A stretch of DNA of 64,000 bases from Arenicellales bacterium (GCA_028285795.1 JAPYNL010000033.1:6447-70446); one strand, 5' to 3'. Shown: positions 1-11,030, counted from the stretch's first letter. Numbers and translations: made by a program. Notes: generated by a model from the sequence alone, not told the origin.

Positions 1-637
1 ATTCTGGGATCCATGGGCTGACGAGGATGGCAGGGTTCCGAGCGCATATGGAAATTTCTGGCGTCACTTCCCCCTGCCCGACAAGCAGTTCAACGATCAA
101 GTCGCCTATGTGGTTGACCAGTTGACCAACAACCCGTCAAGCAGACGCATGGTTGTCTCTGCCTGGGCACCCGGCAATGCACAAACCAGCGCACTGCCAC
201 CATGTCATGCCCTGTGGGTCCTGAATGTCCAGCACAGTTCGAAGGGAAATCCCTGCCTGTGCCTGCATCTCACCCAGAGAAGCTGTGATATCGCTTTGGG
301 AGTTCCCTATAACATTGCCGGCTACTCCCTGCTGCTTGAGCTATTCTCCCGGTTTTCCAACATTCCGGCTGGACGGTTCGGCCACACCCTGATTGATGCA
401 CACATCTACACGTCCAAGGAAGATGGCAGCATGGCCGAATATGATCATGTCCCCGGTCTCAAAAAGCAGTTATTGCGTAAACCCCGATCACTTCCGAAAC
501 TCCATATCGACCCGTCAATTCGCTCTCTGTCTGACATTGAGCCTCTACTTGAACTCGACACTGAAGCGGTTATGTCAAGGTTTGTGCTGGAAGGGTACGA
601 TCCACATCCAGTGATCAACTTCAAGGTTGCCGTTTAG
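1..637 (+). CDS. thyA: Thymidylate synthase ThyA, 5' end cut by the window edge
   Basis: The frame is open from base 2. The translation FWDPWADEDG...SRRMVVSAWAPG...LPPCHALW...QRSCDIALGVPYNIAGYSLL carries the ThyA catalytic Cys loop and conserved motifs. Stop codon TAG at 635-637. Confidence 0.95.
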   Translation, partial: FWDPWADEDGRVPSAYGNFWRHFPLPDKQFNDQVAYVVDQLTNNPSSRRMVVSAWAPGNAQTSALPPCHALWVLNVQHSSKGNPCLCLHLTQRSCDIALGVPYNIAGYSLLLELFSRFSNIPAGRFGHTLIDAHIYTSKEDGSMAEYDHVPGLKKQLLRKPRSLPKLHIDPSIRSLSDIEPLLELDTEAVMSRFVLEGYDPHPVINFKVAV

Positions 638-639
638 AA

Positions 640-1134
640 ATGCTGCCCCGAAAAGGGAACCCTCTTCGCGGCGCAATCGTTGCCATGACGCACGACCGGG
701 TGATTGGTCTCGATAACGGCATACCCTGGCACTACCCCGAGGATCTGAGGCGCTTCAAGCAACGCACAATCAACACTACCGTGGTAATGGGGAGGGTCAC
801 CTGGGAGTCAATCGGCAAACAACCGCTGGTCAATCGGAGAAATATCGTCATCAGCCGACATCGGATCGAAAATGTCGAATGCTACCCTGATCCTTATTCC
901 GCCCTGACTCAATGTGAATCCGATGACACCTGGATCATTGGAGGCACTCAAATCTATCAAGCCACCATGGATTGGATCACGTTACTGGATGTTACGCTGG
1001 TACCGGACCGCATCGAGTCCTGCCGGGCGGCACGCTTTCCGCAAATTGACGAAACACTCTGGCAACTGCAGTCACAAACCATGCTTGAAAGCTCGCAGCT
1101 TGAAAATCGTATTTACAGCAAGTCTATCCGGTGA
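640..1134 (+). CDS. folA: Dihydrofolate reductase
   Basis: 164 aa. GLDNGIPWHYPEDLRRFKQRT...VVMGRVTWESIG is the DHFR signature. The ATG lies 2 nt after the thyA stop. Confidence 0.93.
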   Translation: MLPRKGNPLRGAIVAMTHDRVIGLDNGIPWHYPEDLRRFKQRTINTTVVMGRVTWESIGKQPLVNRRNIVISRHRIENVECYPDPYSALTQCESDDTWIIGGTQIYQATMDWITLLDVTLVPDRIESCRAARFPQIDETLWQLQSQTMLESSQLENRIYSKSIR

Positions 1135-1158
1135 TGGTTGAGCCCTTCTGGCCTGCAT

Positions 1159-2151
1159 TCATAGTTTTTTGGCCTTTACGATAGTACGAATCGGGGCAGG
1201 AAAGCCTTCTATGGTCTGCTCAGGATTACCGGGATTCAGAAAATCCGTCAGCGATTCAAAGGTCATCCATTCAGTACTTCGCTGTTCATCAACCGTTGTC
1301 TTCGAGATATCAATCACTTGAATATCCCCAAAGCCGCTCTCCACCAACCATCCATTCAATATCCGCTGTGAAGGGATCAAGTCAATATTCGGCATTTTTG
1401 CATAAGGGCCTTCCGGATGCAGAATAAAGAATTCATCACTGTTGATGACGACCAGCGTCTCGAGAATGAGTTCGCCACCCTGACATAACGCTTGTGCCAG
1501 TTCAAGAAGATGCTGTTCGGGATCTCGGCGATGATAGAGAACACCCATTGAAAACACGCTATCGAACTCAACGCCTCTCTCCCGCATTTGCACCACTGAA
1601 AATTCGTCCGAACGCAACGGCAAAAGCGCAACCGGAAGCCTTGGCGCATACTTCAAAATCGCATGAAACTGAGCAAGAAACAACAGGGAAGGATCAATAC
1701 CCAATACAAATCGGGCACCTTCACCCAGCATTCTGAACATGTAGTATCCGTTTCCACAACCAACATCCAGTACCAGGCGATTCTCGAGTGGGGCGATTTT
1801 TCCCTGAAGGCGTGACCACTTGAGGTTCGAACGCCATTCAGCATCGACCCCAATCCCAAAAATATTGAATGGCCCCTTGCGCCATGGATGGAGTGATTTG
1901 AGAATACCGCGAATGACCAGTTGCTGCTGCTTCGAGAGCTGCTCCTGACGACCGATGGTCACTGCGTCAGAAGTGAAATTCGCAAAACGAGTCTCGATGT
2001 CAGGCAATGAATAAAGCAGGCCCTTCCACTTGTTCAAGAGTCCGTGCCTGCGATCTCTCCATGTTTTATCCGTAACCTTCTGCAAGTCATCTGCAATCGA
2101 CTCAAGTGGAGATTCAACCAGTCCGGCTATCAGATCGTGAGGGTTCATCAT
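1159..2151 (-). CDS. cmoB: tRNA U34 carboxymethyltransferase CmoB
   Basis: 330 aa with WRKGPFNIFGIGVDAEWRSNLKW and the DVGCGNGYY SAM-binding motif. The start shares one base with the cmoA stop (TAATG). Confidence 0.93.
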   Translation of the reverse strand: MMNPHDLIAGLVESPLESIADDLQKVTDKTWRDRRHGLLNKWKGLLYSLPDIETRFANFTSDAVTIGRQEQLSKQQQLVIRGILKSLHPWRKGPFNIFGIGVDAEWRSNLKWSRLQGKIAPLENRLVLDVGCGNGYYMFRMLGEGARFVLGIDPSLLFLAQFHAILKYAPRLPVALLPLRSDEFSVVQMRERGVEFDSVFSMGVLYHRRDPEQHLLELAQALCQGGELILETLVVINSDEFFILHPEGPYAKMPNIDLIPSQRILNGWLVESGFGDIQVIDISKTTVDEQRSTEWMTFESLTDFLNPGNPEQTIEGFPAPIRTIVKAKKL

Positions 2152-2894
2152 TAGGGTTCACGACCCGACTTGATGGCAAGAAACGAGACAAAATTCAACC
2201 CCTGAAACCACTGATGAACGAATTCAAAACCTACATTCAAGAGCCTTTTTCGATGGCATTCTACGGTGTCAATCTTCATGACTCGCTCAAGTGCTGTGCG
2301 TTTTTGACTGATCTCGAGTTTGCTGTATCCATGCGCCCGCTTGAATTCATCATGCAGGATATTCATGACCTCATTCTGATGCGGGTTATCCAGAATCACT
2401 TTTTCCGACAACACCAGTACTCCGCTTGCAAGCAGTCCGTCATGAATTTTCTGAATCAGCCGATTGCGTCCGGCTGGATCGACGAACTGCAATGTCAAAT
2501 TCATCACCACAACACTGGCATTGTTTATTGGCACGGTCTCGACATCATCGTCAATCAGGGTGTAGCTTGCCCTGGAAATCCGGCTATCGAGATTCACTTG
2601 ACAACCCTCCAGCATGTCCGGTGAGTTATCGACACAAACATAATGTACTCCAGGGCAGTCAATCCGGGAATGCATCATGAGTACTGACTGTCCGAGTGAA
2701 CAGCCGAGATCATAAACATTGCTGTTCGGCCTTGCCCTCATTCCTGCGATGCAGCCAATCATGAGCCCCAAAGTCTCGTAACCGGGAACTGAACGCCGAA
2801 CCATGTCCGGAAAAACCCGGGCGACCTCGGAGCCAAACGAAAAGTCCGTCAACGCAGCACGCTTCGATGCATAAATCTCGTCCGACCGGTTCAT
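2151..2894 (-). CDS. cmoA: Carboxy-S-adenosyl-L-methionine synthase CmoA
   Basis: EVARVFPDMVRRSVPGYE...DLGCSLG match CmoA. I take the internal Met (MNRSDEIY) as the start, giving 247 aa like E. coli CmoA. The tracked ORF extends to 2960. Confidence 0.88.
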   Translation of the reverse strand: MNRSDEIYASKRAALTDFSFGSEVARVFPDMVRRSVPGYETLGLMIGCIAGMRARPNSNVYDLGCSLGQSVLMMHSRIDCPGVHYVCVDNSPDMLEGCQVNLDSRISRASYTLIDDDVETVPINNASVVVMNLTLQFVDPAGRNRLIQKIHDGLLASGVLVLSEKVILDNPHQNEVMNILHDEFKRAHGYSKLEISQKRTALERVMKIDTVECHRKRLLNVGFEFVHQWFQGLNFVSFLAIKSGREP

Positions 2895-2956
2895 GCTGCG
2901 GGAATTTCCCTTGAGATCCATACCGTACTGGTCATGCAAGCCGAACCGGCCTTCAT

Positions 2957-3361
2957 TCAAGCCTGCTCAAGTTCGATTAATGTTCCGATGCCGTCTTTCG
3001 GATGCAGAAAAACAACAGGCTTGCCATGCGCACCAATGCTGGAGGTTCCCCCTCCAAGCACCCTTAGGCCCTGTTCGGACAAACGCTCTATGGCAGCTTC
3101 TATATCGGTTACCTCATAGCAGACATGGTGCATTCCCCCATCAGGATTGTTTTCCAGAAAACGCCGGATCGGAGAGTTTTCACCAAGAGGATGAAGCAGT
3201 TCAATCCTGGTATTGGGCAGTTCAACAAAAACAGTGGTAACTCCGTGTTCCACAAGATCGACGGGGGTTGAAACATCGGCACCAAAAACCTCTCGATACA
3301 AGCGGCTGGCCGAATCGAGATCAGGCACAACAATGGCTACATGATTAAGATTGCCGATCAT
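2957..3361 (-). CDS. mce: Methylmalonyl-CoA epimerase (VOC/glyoxalase fold)
   Basis: 134 aa. NHVAIVVPDLDSASRLY...GGMHHVCYEV...HGKPVVFLHPKD is typical of the epimerase, and the gene sits in the pcc/mcm operon. Confidence 0.85.
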   Translation of the reverse strand: MIGNLNHVAIVVPDLDSASRLYREVFGADVSTPVDLVEHGVTTVFVELPNTRIELLHPLGENSPIRRFLENNPDGGMHHVCYEVTDIEAAIERLSEQGLRVLGGGTSSIGAHGKPVVFLHPKDGIGTLIELEQA

Positions 3362-3515
3362 GGAATTTTTATCTCAAATGTCATTGCGCACAACTTTCCG
3401 GTTTCGAGCTTTCATAACAGCGTCCCATTTTCAGGCACTTGGTTAGCGGTCGACGGCACCCTGTTTCTGGCCTTTCGCATTTACGATACAACTATCTTGG
3501 CATGGCGGGAGCCAG

Positions 3516-4496
3516 CTACCTGCAAGTTCTTGATGACTCGAAAAAGTGACTGACCAGTTTTCGCGCTGCCGTGATGTGGCTATTTGAGGATTCACTGTCT
3601 TTGCTGGCCAAATCCACATGAAGCATGGACAAACCCTCATCCCTGTCGAATTGATCAAGAATCATCTCTCGAGCTTCCATGCGAATCCAGTCATGCAGCT
3701 GTTTTTCTCGATTTTCCCGGAACGTACCCGTCTGCCTGGTCTGCTTGCGAAACTCAAGGATCACTTTCCATAACTCCTTAATGCCCTTGCCTTGAAGAGC
3801 GGAAGTCTTGAGGACACAAGGCTTCCAGCCTCGGTGCCGTGGCTGCATGAATTCAAGCGCATGGCGGACATCGATCTCTGACAAGGCTGCCCGTTTTTGC
3901 AGGTCACCATCGGCCTTGTTGATGATGACGATATCTGCAAGTTCCATCACACCCCGCTTGATTCCCTGTAGATCATCTCCTCCTCCGGGCAACAACATCA
4001 ATATCGAAAGATCGGTCATTTGACTGACCATGGCTTCAGCCTGGCCAACTCCCACAGTCTCCACAAAAATGACATCATAGCCTGCCGCTTCAAGCACCAG
4101 AATCGACTCTCTGGTTCGTCTTGCAACACCCCCCAGAGACTTTCCGGCAGGGGTGGGCCGAATATAGGCTGATGGTTCCATCGACAACGTCTGCATTCTG
4201 GTCTTGTCACCCAAAATCGCGCCACCTGATATCATGGAACTCGGATCAACTGCCAATACCGCAAGCTTGCTGCCGGCATCAATAACCTGCCGTCCCAGAG
4301 CCTCGATCATGGTTGACTTGCCAGCCCCGGGAATACCGGTAATCCCGATTCTTAGGGAATTGCCCGTCTGGTCGTCAAGGTTTTCAAGTATCCGTTCGGT
4401 TTGCTGCCGGTCTTTGCTACGAGTCGACTCGACAAGCGTGAGCAGTTTGGCAAGTACCTTGCGATCCCCTGAACGTAATGCGTCGATATTCACCAT
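3516..4496 (-). CDS. meaB: Methylmalonyl-CoA mutase-associated G3E GTPase MeaB/ArgK
   Basis: 326 aa with the P-loop GIPGAGKST, then FVETVGVGQ and INKADG motifs. Operon context supports the call. Confidence 0.9.
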   Translation of the reverse strand: MVNIDALRSGDRKVLAKLLTLVESTRSKDRQQTERILENLDDQTGNSLRIGITGIPGAGKSTMIEALGRQVIDAGSKLAVLAVDPSSMISGGAILGDKTRMQTLSMEPSAYIRPTPAGKSLGGVARRTRESILVLEAAGYDVIFVETVGVGQAEAMVSQMTDLSILMLLPGGGDDLQGIKRGVMELADIVIINKADGDLQKRAALSEIDVRHALEFMQPRHRGWKPCVLKTSALQGKGIKELWKVILEFRKQTRQTGTFRENREKQLHDWIRMEAREMILDQFDRDEGLSMLHVDLASKDSESSNSHITAARKLVSHFFESSRTCR

Positions 4497-4528
4497 ATGG
4501 GGTATCAGTTTCGAGTTGCGCCAACACC

Positions 4529-6520
4529 TTATTCAAATTCAAGAATCGGTTGATCGACTTCAAGTTTATCCCCCGGTTCCGCCAGGATTCTTGCAACGAC
4601 ACAGGGTTGCTCTACCTGTAGCGAATTCTCCATCTTCATGGCCTCTATCACCGCAAGTTCCTCCCCCGGCTTGATCTTTTGTCCGACTTCAACCAGTAGT
4701 GAAACGAGAAGCCCCGGCATCGGTGACAGCAGGTAACGCGAATGATCGGGAGGCGTCTTGGCCGGCATCAACCGATTGAGCCGGGCAGTTTCAGGACGGC
4801 AGACCATTACTCTCCCGAAATAGGAATCACAGACAATGTCATACCGGAAGTCCGTTTTTTCGATCTGGAAGTTGATGTCTTGATCACCAACCCTGCCTAC
4901 GTAAACGGGGTCTGCGATCGTCCAGTCATCCACTACCTTGTAATCATGCCCTTCAAACACGACAGTAATCTCGTTATCGCTTTCATCATGCTTGATCTGG
5001 GTCAGGTACTCCACATCTTCAACAATCACAACCCAGTTCAAATTGACATGCCGGCCATATCCCTCGATTTGTCCGGATATGGTGCCAGCCCGGATATGGT
5101 GCCGATGGTGAATCGCTGAAATTGCACTTACGACATAAGGATGCAGGGTCACGTCAATCGGCTCTTTACTGAAGTGATTTGGGTACTCCTTCTCAATAAA
5201 GGAGGTATTGAATTCCCCTGAGCGAAAACCGGGTTTATTGAAGATTGAGGATAGAAATGCGATATTGGTATCAACCCCGCGAATGTAGTATCGATTGAGT
5301 GAATCATTCATGACTTCCATCGCCTGCTCCCGGGTTTCACCCCACGTAATCAGCTTGGCGATCATCGGGTCGTAGAACATGGAAATTTCCGAGCCTTCTT
5401 CAATGCCGGTGTCCAGTCTCACGTATTGGGAGGTCGGGGGTGTCTGATATTTTCGGATGCGGCCTGTCGAGGGCAAAAATCCCCGGCTCGGACTCTCGGC
5501 ATAAATTCTCGCTTCCATTGACCATCCATTGATCCCCACATCTTCCTGCTTGATAGTGAGGTGCTCGCCATCCGCTATTCGAATCATCCACTCTACCAGA
5601 TCTATTCCAGTGATCATTTCCGTGATTGGGTGCTCGACCTGCAAACGCGTATTCATCTCCAGAAAATAGAAATTCTGCCGGTCATCAACCACAAATTCAA
5701 CCGTGCCTGCCGATTGATAGTTTACGGCTTTAGCAAGGGCAGCTGCTTGAGCCATCATTGCGCTTCGGGTGCGATCGTCCAGAAACATGGAAGGTGCTTC
5801 CTCTACAACTTTCTGATAGCGGCGCTGAATCGAGCATTCTCTCTCATTCAGTGCTATGGCATGTCCATGACCATCGGCCAGAACCTGAATCTCGATATGT
5901 CGAGGCTTGTTGATGAATTTCTCAATGAAAATTCGCCCGTCTCCGAAACTCGACCGAGCTTCACTGGTTGCGCGTTCAAATCCCTCGCGACATTCAGCGT
6001 CATCATGAGCTATGCGCATGCCCTTGCCGCCGCCGCCCGCGGAAGCCTTGATCATCACCGGGTACCCGATCTGTCCGGCAATTTCTACGGCTTGACCGGC
6101 ATCGGCAACGACCCCATCAAATCCCGGGATAACATGAACTCCGGCTTCTGCTGCCAGTTTTTTTGAAGCAATTTTGTCTCCCATGGCACGAATTGCGAAT
6201 GCCTTGGGGCCAATGAATGCAAATCCGGCATGATCAAGTTTCTCCACAAAATCCGCATTCTCCGAAAGGAATCCATAACCCGGATGAATGGCTTCGGCAC
6301 CGCTCTCCCTACAGGCGCCAATGATGCAATCGCCATTCAAATAGCTTTCTGTCGCAGGCGGCGGTCCGATGCAGATGGCCTCATCAGCCTCTCGGACATG
6401 CATGGTGTTTCGGTCTGCTTCCGAATACACCGCCACAGTGGCGATGCCCATGCGTTTGGCCGAGGCAATGATGCGACAGGCAATCTCTCCCCTGTTTGCA
6501 ACCAGAATTTTCTTGAACAC
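4529..6520 (-). CDS. pccA: Propionyl-CoA carboxylase alpha subunit (biotin carboxylase plus BCCP)
   Basis: 663 aa. The N-terminus MFKKILVANRGEIACR begins an ATP-grasp biotin carboxylase, and the C-terminal biotinyl motif EAMKMEN is present. The gene is adjacent to pccB. Confidence 0.9.
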   Translation of the reverse strand: MFKKILVANRGEIACRIIASAKRMGIATVAVYSEADRNTMHVREADEAICIGPPPATESYLNGDCIIGACRESGAEAIHPGYGFLSENADFVEKLDHAGFAFIGPKAFAIRAMGDKIASKKLAAEAGVHVIPGFDGVVADAGQAVEIAGQIGYPVMIKASAGGGGKGMRIAHDDAECREGFERATSEARSSFGDGRIFIEKFINKPRHIEIQVLADGHGHAIALNERECSIQRRYQKVVEEAPSMFLDDRTRSAMMAQAAALAKAVNYQSAGTVEFVVDDRQNFYFLEMNTRLQVEHPITEMITGIDLVEWMIRIADGEHLTIKQEDVGINGWSMEARIYAESPSRGFLPSTGRIRKYQTPPTSQYVRLDTGIEEGSEISMFYDPMIAKLITWGETREQAMEVMNDSLNRYYIRGVDTNIAFLSSIFNKPGFRSGEFNTSFIEKEYPNHFSKEPIDVTLHPYVVSAISAIHHRHHIRAGTISGQIEGYGRHVNLNWVVIVEDVEYLTQIKHDESDNEITVVFEGHDYKVVDDWTIADPVYVGRVGDQDINFQIEKTDFRYDIVCDSYFGRVMVCRPETARLNRLMPAKTPPDHSRYLLSPMPGLLVSLLVEVGQKIKPGEELAVIEAMKMENSLQVEQPCVVARILAEPGDKLEVDQPILEFE

Positions 6521-6538
6521 CTTGCCTGTCTCAATCTT

Positions 6539-8071
6539 TCAAAGCGGGATATTGGCGTGCTTCTTCCAGGGGTTTTCGAGCGACTTGTCCCTGAGCATGG
6601 CCAGGGATCGGCAGATACGCTTTCTCGTCGCATGCGGCAAAATCACGTCATCAATAAAACCCCGACGACCGGCAACGAATGGATTGGCAAACTTTTCACG
6701 ATATTCCACCTCTCTCGAGGCAATCTTCTCGGCATCCCCTGATTCTTCCCGAAAAATAATCTCGACCGCACCCTTGGGCCCCATGACCGCGATCTCGGCA
6801 CTTGGCCATGCCAGATTGACATCCCCTCTCAGGTGCTTGGATGACATGACATCATAGGCACCGCCATAGGCCTTGCGCGTGATCACGGTTACCTTGGGAA
6901 CCGTGCATTCGGCATAGGCAAACAGCAATTTCGCGCCGTGCAGAATGATGCCGCCATATTCCTGACTCGTCCCCGGCATAAAGCCCGGAACATCCACAAA
7001 GGTCACAATCGGAATATTGAAGGCATCGCAAAACCGGACAAAACGTGCACCCTTGACGGAAGCATTGATATCCAGACACCCTGCCAATACCATGGGTTGA
7101 TTGGCAACAATGCCAACCGTCGAACCTTCGATTCTGGCAAATCCGGTAACAATATTTTTGGCATAATTTGGCTGGAGCTCAAGAAAGTCTTCCTCATCCA
7201 CCACCTTGTGGATCAACTCCTTGATGTCATAGGGGTAGTTTGGATTGTCCGGGACCAGCGTATCCAGAGACATCTCGATCCGTTCAGGAATATCCGATGT
7301 CTCTCTTGTGGGTGGCAAAGACCGATTGTTCAGTGGCAGGAAGTTGAACAGCCGGCGCGTCATCATCAAGGTATGAATATCATTGTCGAAGGAAAGATCA
7401 GCGACTCCGGAGTGTGTAGTATGAGTGATTGCACCCCCGAGTTTCTCGGCCGATACTTCCTCGTGAGTAACCGTCTTGACCACATCAGGGCCCGTCACAA
7501 ACATGTAGGAAGTGTCTTCAACCATGAGGATGAAATCCGTAATCGCCGGAGAATATACGGCGCCACCGGCACACGGGCCCATAATCAGGGATATTTGCGG
7601 TATCACGCCAGAGGCCATGACGTTTCGCTGAAACACCTCTGCATATCCGCCAAGTGACGCTACACCCTCCTGGATGCGGGCACCGCCCGAGTCATTGATG
7701 CCGATAATCGGCGCACCAACGCTCATTGCCTTGTCCATGATCTTGCAGATTTTTTCCGCATGGGATTCCGATAGCGACCCTCCAAATACCGTGAAGTCCT
7801 GGCTGTACACGAAAACGATTCGGTTGTTGATGGTGCCGTAACCGGCAATCACGCCATCGCCCGGAATGGTTTTCTCATCCATTCCGAAATCGTTGCACCG
7901 ATGCTCAACAAAGATATCCCATTCCTCGAAACTTCCTTCATCAAGCAGTACCTCAATGCGCTCTCGAGCCGTCAGCTTGCCTTTCTCATGCTGGGCATCA
8001 ATGCGGTGTTGACCGCCGCCAAGCTTTGCCTGATTCCGCTTGCGTTCGAGTTCGTCAATGATGTCCTGCAT
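6539..8071 (-). CDS. pccB: Propionyl-CoA carboxylase beta subunit (carboxyltransferase)
   Basis: [20 protein letters not shown]...[20 protein letters not shown] is the standard PccB N-terminus, so I chose this internal ATG. The tracked ORF starts at a GTG at 8110. Confidence 0.9.
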   Translation of the reverse strand: MQDIIDELERKRNQAKLGGGQHRIDAQHEKGKLTARERIEVLLDEGSFEEWDIFVEHRCNDFGMDEKTIPGDGVIAGYGTINNRIVFVYSQDFTVFGGSLSESHAEKICKIMDKAMSVGAPIIGINDSGGARIQEGVASLGGYAEVFQRNVMASGVIPQISLIMGPCAGGAVYSPAITDFILMVEDTSYMFVTGPDVVKTVTHEEVSAEKLGGAITHTTHSGVADLSFDNDIHTLMMTRRLFNFLPLNNRSLPPTRETSDIPERIEMSLDTLVPDNPNYPYDIKELIHKVVDEEDFLELQPNYAKNIVTGFARIEGSTVGIVANQPMVLAGCLDINASVKGARFVRFCDAFNIPIVTFVDVPGFMPGTSQEYGGIILHGAKLLFAYAECTVPKVTVITRKAYGGAYDVMSSKHLRGDVNLAWPSAEIAVMGPKGAVEIIFREESGDAEKIASREVEYREKFANPFVAGRRGFIDDVILPHATRKRICRSLAMLRDKSLENPWKKHANIPL

Positions 8072-8113
8072 AGTCCTGTACCGTGCAAAATAGACAAGGC
8101 CTGATTTCACCCA

Positions 8114-10270
8114 TTAGTGCCTGTCAAAAAGCAAGTCTAACACCCTTTCAGCCGCTTCCGGAATATTCGTTCCAGGGCCAAAGATGGCACCAACGCCTGA
8201 GGCATAAAGGGAGTCATAATCACTTTCGGGAATCACTCCCCCGCAAATCACGCGAATATCCTGACTGTCCTGGGACTTGAGTTCTTCCATCACGGCGGGG
8301 ACCAGCGTACTGTGGCCCGCAGCCTGGGAAGATATGCCGATCACATGCACGTCATTTTCAATGGCCTGGCGGACAGCCTCATGCGGTGTTTGGAACAAGG
8401 GACCGATATCCACATCAAAGCCAATGTCGGCAAATGCCGTTGCTATTGTTCTTGCGCCTCGGTCATGACCATCCTGTCCCAACTTCACGACCAGCATACG
8501 GGGCTGCCGTCCCTCCCGATTGGCAAATTTTGCAACCCTTGAACGCAATGAATGGAATGCCTCATGATCTTCAAGAGCACGTGCATAGACCCCTCCCAGC
8601 GATTTTGGATTGGCACTGTACCGTCCATAGACAAATTCAAGTGTGCTTGATATCTCTCCCAGGGTTGCTCGCGCACGCGCTGCATTGATTGCCTTTTCCA
8701 GCAAGTTGCCCTGCTCGTTCTGTGCGGATTTGCGGAGACGGTCAAGAGCTCCCTGAACGGCCCCATCATCCCGGGATGCCCTGATTTCCTGCAGACGATT
8801 GATCTGGGATTTGCGCACCGCATGGTTGTCGATCACCCGAATGTCAACCTCCTGTTCCTGTTCCAGTTCATATTGATTGACTCCGACGACTACTTCTTCG
8901 CCCTTGTCAATTCCGGCCTGGCGCATGACCGATGCCTCTTCAATTCTGAGTTTTGGCAACCCCGCTTCAACTGCAGCCGTCATGCCGCCCATCTCCTCTA
9001 CTTCATCAATCAACTTCTCCGCTTCATGAATCAATGAATGGGTCAGACTCTCAATATAGTACGATCCTGCCAGGGGGTCGACCACATTGGTCATGCCGGC
9101 TTCATGCCTCAAAATGAGCTGGGTATTACGTGCGATGCGTGCCGAATGTTCGGTCGGCAATGCCAGTGCCTCATCAAAGGAGTTGGTATGCAGTGACTGG
9201 GTACCTCCGAGGATTGCAGCCATGGCTTCGATGGCGGTACGCACAATATTGTTTTGCGGGTCCTTGCTGGTCAAGCTGACACCGGATGTCTGACAATGCG
9301 TCCTCAGGATCAGGGATTTCTGGTTTTTTGGCGAGAAATGCTGCTGCATGAGTCTGGCCCACAAAGTGCGGGCTGCCCGCAACTTGGCAATCTCCATGAA
9401 GAAGTTCATGCCAATCGCAAAAAAGAAGGACAGTCTCGGAGCAAATTGATCGATATCCAAACCGCCATCAACGGCAGCGCGTACATACTCGATACCGTCG
9501 GCAAGCGTATAGGCCAACTCCTGTACTGCCGTTGCGCCTGCTTCCTGCATGTGGTATCCGGAAATCGAAACCGGATTGAATTTTGGCATGTTTTTCGCTG
9601 TGTAGGCAATGATGTCCGAGACGATTCTCATGGATGGGCCTGGCGGATAGATATAGGTATTTCGAACCATAAACTCCTTGAGAATGTCATTTTGAAGAGT
9701 TCCGGACAGCAACTTGCACTCAACCCCCTGCTCTTCGGCTGCTACAATGTACATGGCCATCACGGGCAGTGCTGCGCCGTTCATGGTCATTGACACGGAC
9801 ATCTTGTCGAGCGGAATGCCGTCGAACAGGATCTTCATGTCCTCAACCGAATCAATCGCAACACCGGCTTTTCCAACATCACCGGTCACTCTGGCATGAT
9901 CCGAGTCGTAACCGCGGTGAGTTGCCAGATCAAACGCTACCGACAACCCGGTCTGCCCGGCAGCAAGATTGTTGCGGAAAAAGGCATTGGACTCCTCGGC
10001 CGTAGAAAATCCGGCGTATTGACGGATTGTCCAGGGCCTTCCCGTATACATGGTTGCCTTGGGACCACGTGTATAGGGCGGAAACCCCGGCATGCTGTTC
10101 AGGTGATCGACCCGATCCAGATCCTGGGCAGAATACACGGGTTTGACCAAAATTCCTTCAGGTGTCAGCCATTCAATCTGGCTCGTATCCTTGGCCTTGA
10201 TTTCGCTGGCGGCAAGATTTTCCCACTCGTTTATTCTGTTCTCTGGATTGTTTTTCCCGTTTTTGCTCAT
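8114..10270 (-). CDS. scpA: Methylmalonyl-CoA mutase, single-chain, B12-dependent
   Basis: About 718 aa. A TIM-barrel mutase domain ([18 protein letters not shown]) is followed by a C-terminal B12-binding domain (GQDGHDRGA). The start at 10270 is preceded by GAGG 9 nt upstream. The tracked ORF starts at 10321. Confidence 0.92.
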   Translation of the reverse strand: MSKNGKNNPENRINEWENLAASEIKAKDTSQIEWLTPEGILVKPVYSAQDLDRVDHLNSMPGFPPYTRGPKATMYTGRPWTIRQYAGFSTAEESNAFFRNNLAAGQTGLSVAFDLATHRGYDSDHARVTGDVGKAGVAIDSVEDMKILFDGIPLDKMSVSMTMNGAALPVMAMYIVAAEEQGVECKLLSGTLQNDILKEFMVRNTYIYPPGPSMRIVSDIIAYTAKNMPKFNPVSISGYHMQEAGATAVQELAYTLADGIEYVRAAVDGGLDIDQFAPRLSFFFAIGMNFFMEIAKLRAARTLWARLMQQHFSPKNQKSLILRTHCQTSGVSLTSKDPQNNIVRTAIEAMAAILGGTQSLHTNSFDEALALPTEHSARIARNTQLILRHEAGMTNVVDPLAGSYYIESLTHSLIHEAEKLIDEVEEMGGMTAAVEAGLPKLRIEEASVMRQAGIDKGEEVVVGVNQYELEQEQEVDIRVIDNHAVRKSQINRLQEIRASRDDGAVQGALDRLRKSAQNEQGNLLEKAINAARARATLGEISSTLEFVYGRYSANPKSLGGVYARALEDHEAFHSLRSRVAKFANREGRQPRMLVVKLGQDGHDRGARTIATAFADIGFDVDIGPLFQTPHEAVRQAIENDVHVIGISSQAAGHSTLVPAVMEELKSQDSQDIRVICGGVIPESDYDSLYASGVGAIFGPGTNIPEAAERVLDLLFDRH

Positions 10271-10376
10271 AGCTTGTACCTCGATATCCGTGCCACTAGA
10301 ATCCCGGACAAGTTTCGGCATGTAATAAAGCGGATTTCATGAAACCCCTGTTCCCGTCCGAAGTGTTCGTTTCATT

Positions 10377-10450
10377 GCCTGTTCCTCCAGGTTTGTCTGT
10401 TTTCCGTATTACAGGCTTTTTTTCCGTGCCTGTAAAGGCACTGCACAGGC
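10377..10450. promoter_or_regulatory. Array of five GCCTGT/ACAGGC-type hexamers at roughly 17-bp spacing (candidate operator region)
   Basis: GCCTGT at 10377, GTCTGT at 10395, ACAGGC at 10411, GCCTGT at 10428, ACAGGC at 10445. These form the dyads TACAGGC-N11-GCCTGTA and GCCTGT-N11-ACAGGC. The array lies 110-180 bp upstream of the mutase start. Confidence 0.35.
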
Positions 10451-10658
10451 ACAATTCACCCCGGTTCCACCTTCATGCCTGAACAAGTCCCGCAACCCCC
10501 TGATCCCCGGCAGGGTTTTTCAACCGTACCCATTACCAGAACCCTCTTCACCCACGACATCGCCATCGGCACATCTCCTTCAGCCATGTCAGGCGCGGAA
10601 ATGTCAAGGACCGATACGGCAGGTACGATTGACAAGGCTTTGTTGGTTTTTCCGTGTA

Positions 10659-11030
10659 TTATCTGGCCATAGCAGCCAGCGGGACAAGTTGAGACCGGCG
10701 AATTGTACGGTCGCGGGTAACAAGGGGGATATCATGTACGATGCTTGTCGCAGCGATGATTTCGTCCGCCGGGTCTCCCCTGAAATCAAGTCGGGTAGAA
10801 ACCTTGGCGATTTCCAGATCAATAGGCCAAACATGAAGACGGGCCAGTACATGCCTGACATCACGGTCATCAAGATCCATGTCTATCCGGCCGAGCTGGA
10901 CTAGCTTGGCAAGTTCCCATAACACAATGGCTGAAACCGACCACCTGTTGATCGACAACAATTTTCTTTCTTCCGAACGCAGATCGCCGTTGACGGCAAA
11001 GATCAGTAAATGGGTATCAAGATTCAGCAT
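10659..11030 (-). CDS. vapC: PIN-domain toxin, VapC-like (type II toxin-antitoxin)
   Basis: MLNLDTHLLIF...LWELAKL...DPADEIIAATS...VTRD places the acidic residues as in a PIN domain. The start overlaps the upstream antitoxin stop by 14 nt. The tracked ORF extends to 11093. Confidence 0.8.
   Translation of the reverse strand: MLNLDTHLLIFAVNGDLRSEERKLLSINRWSVSAIVLWELAKLVQLGRIDMDLDDRDVRHVLARLHVWPIDLEIAKVSTRLDFRGDPADEIIAATSIVHDIPLVTRDRTIRRSQLVPLAAMAR

Noticed and set aside
10290-10295. TGGCAC on the minus strand just upstream of the mutase start, considered as a sigma54 -24 element.
   Set aside because: The -12 position reads TCGA rather than TTGC, so the GG-N10-GC rule is not met.
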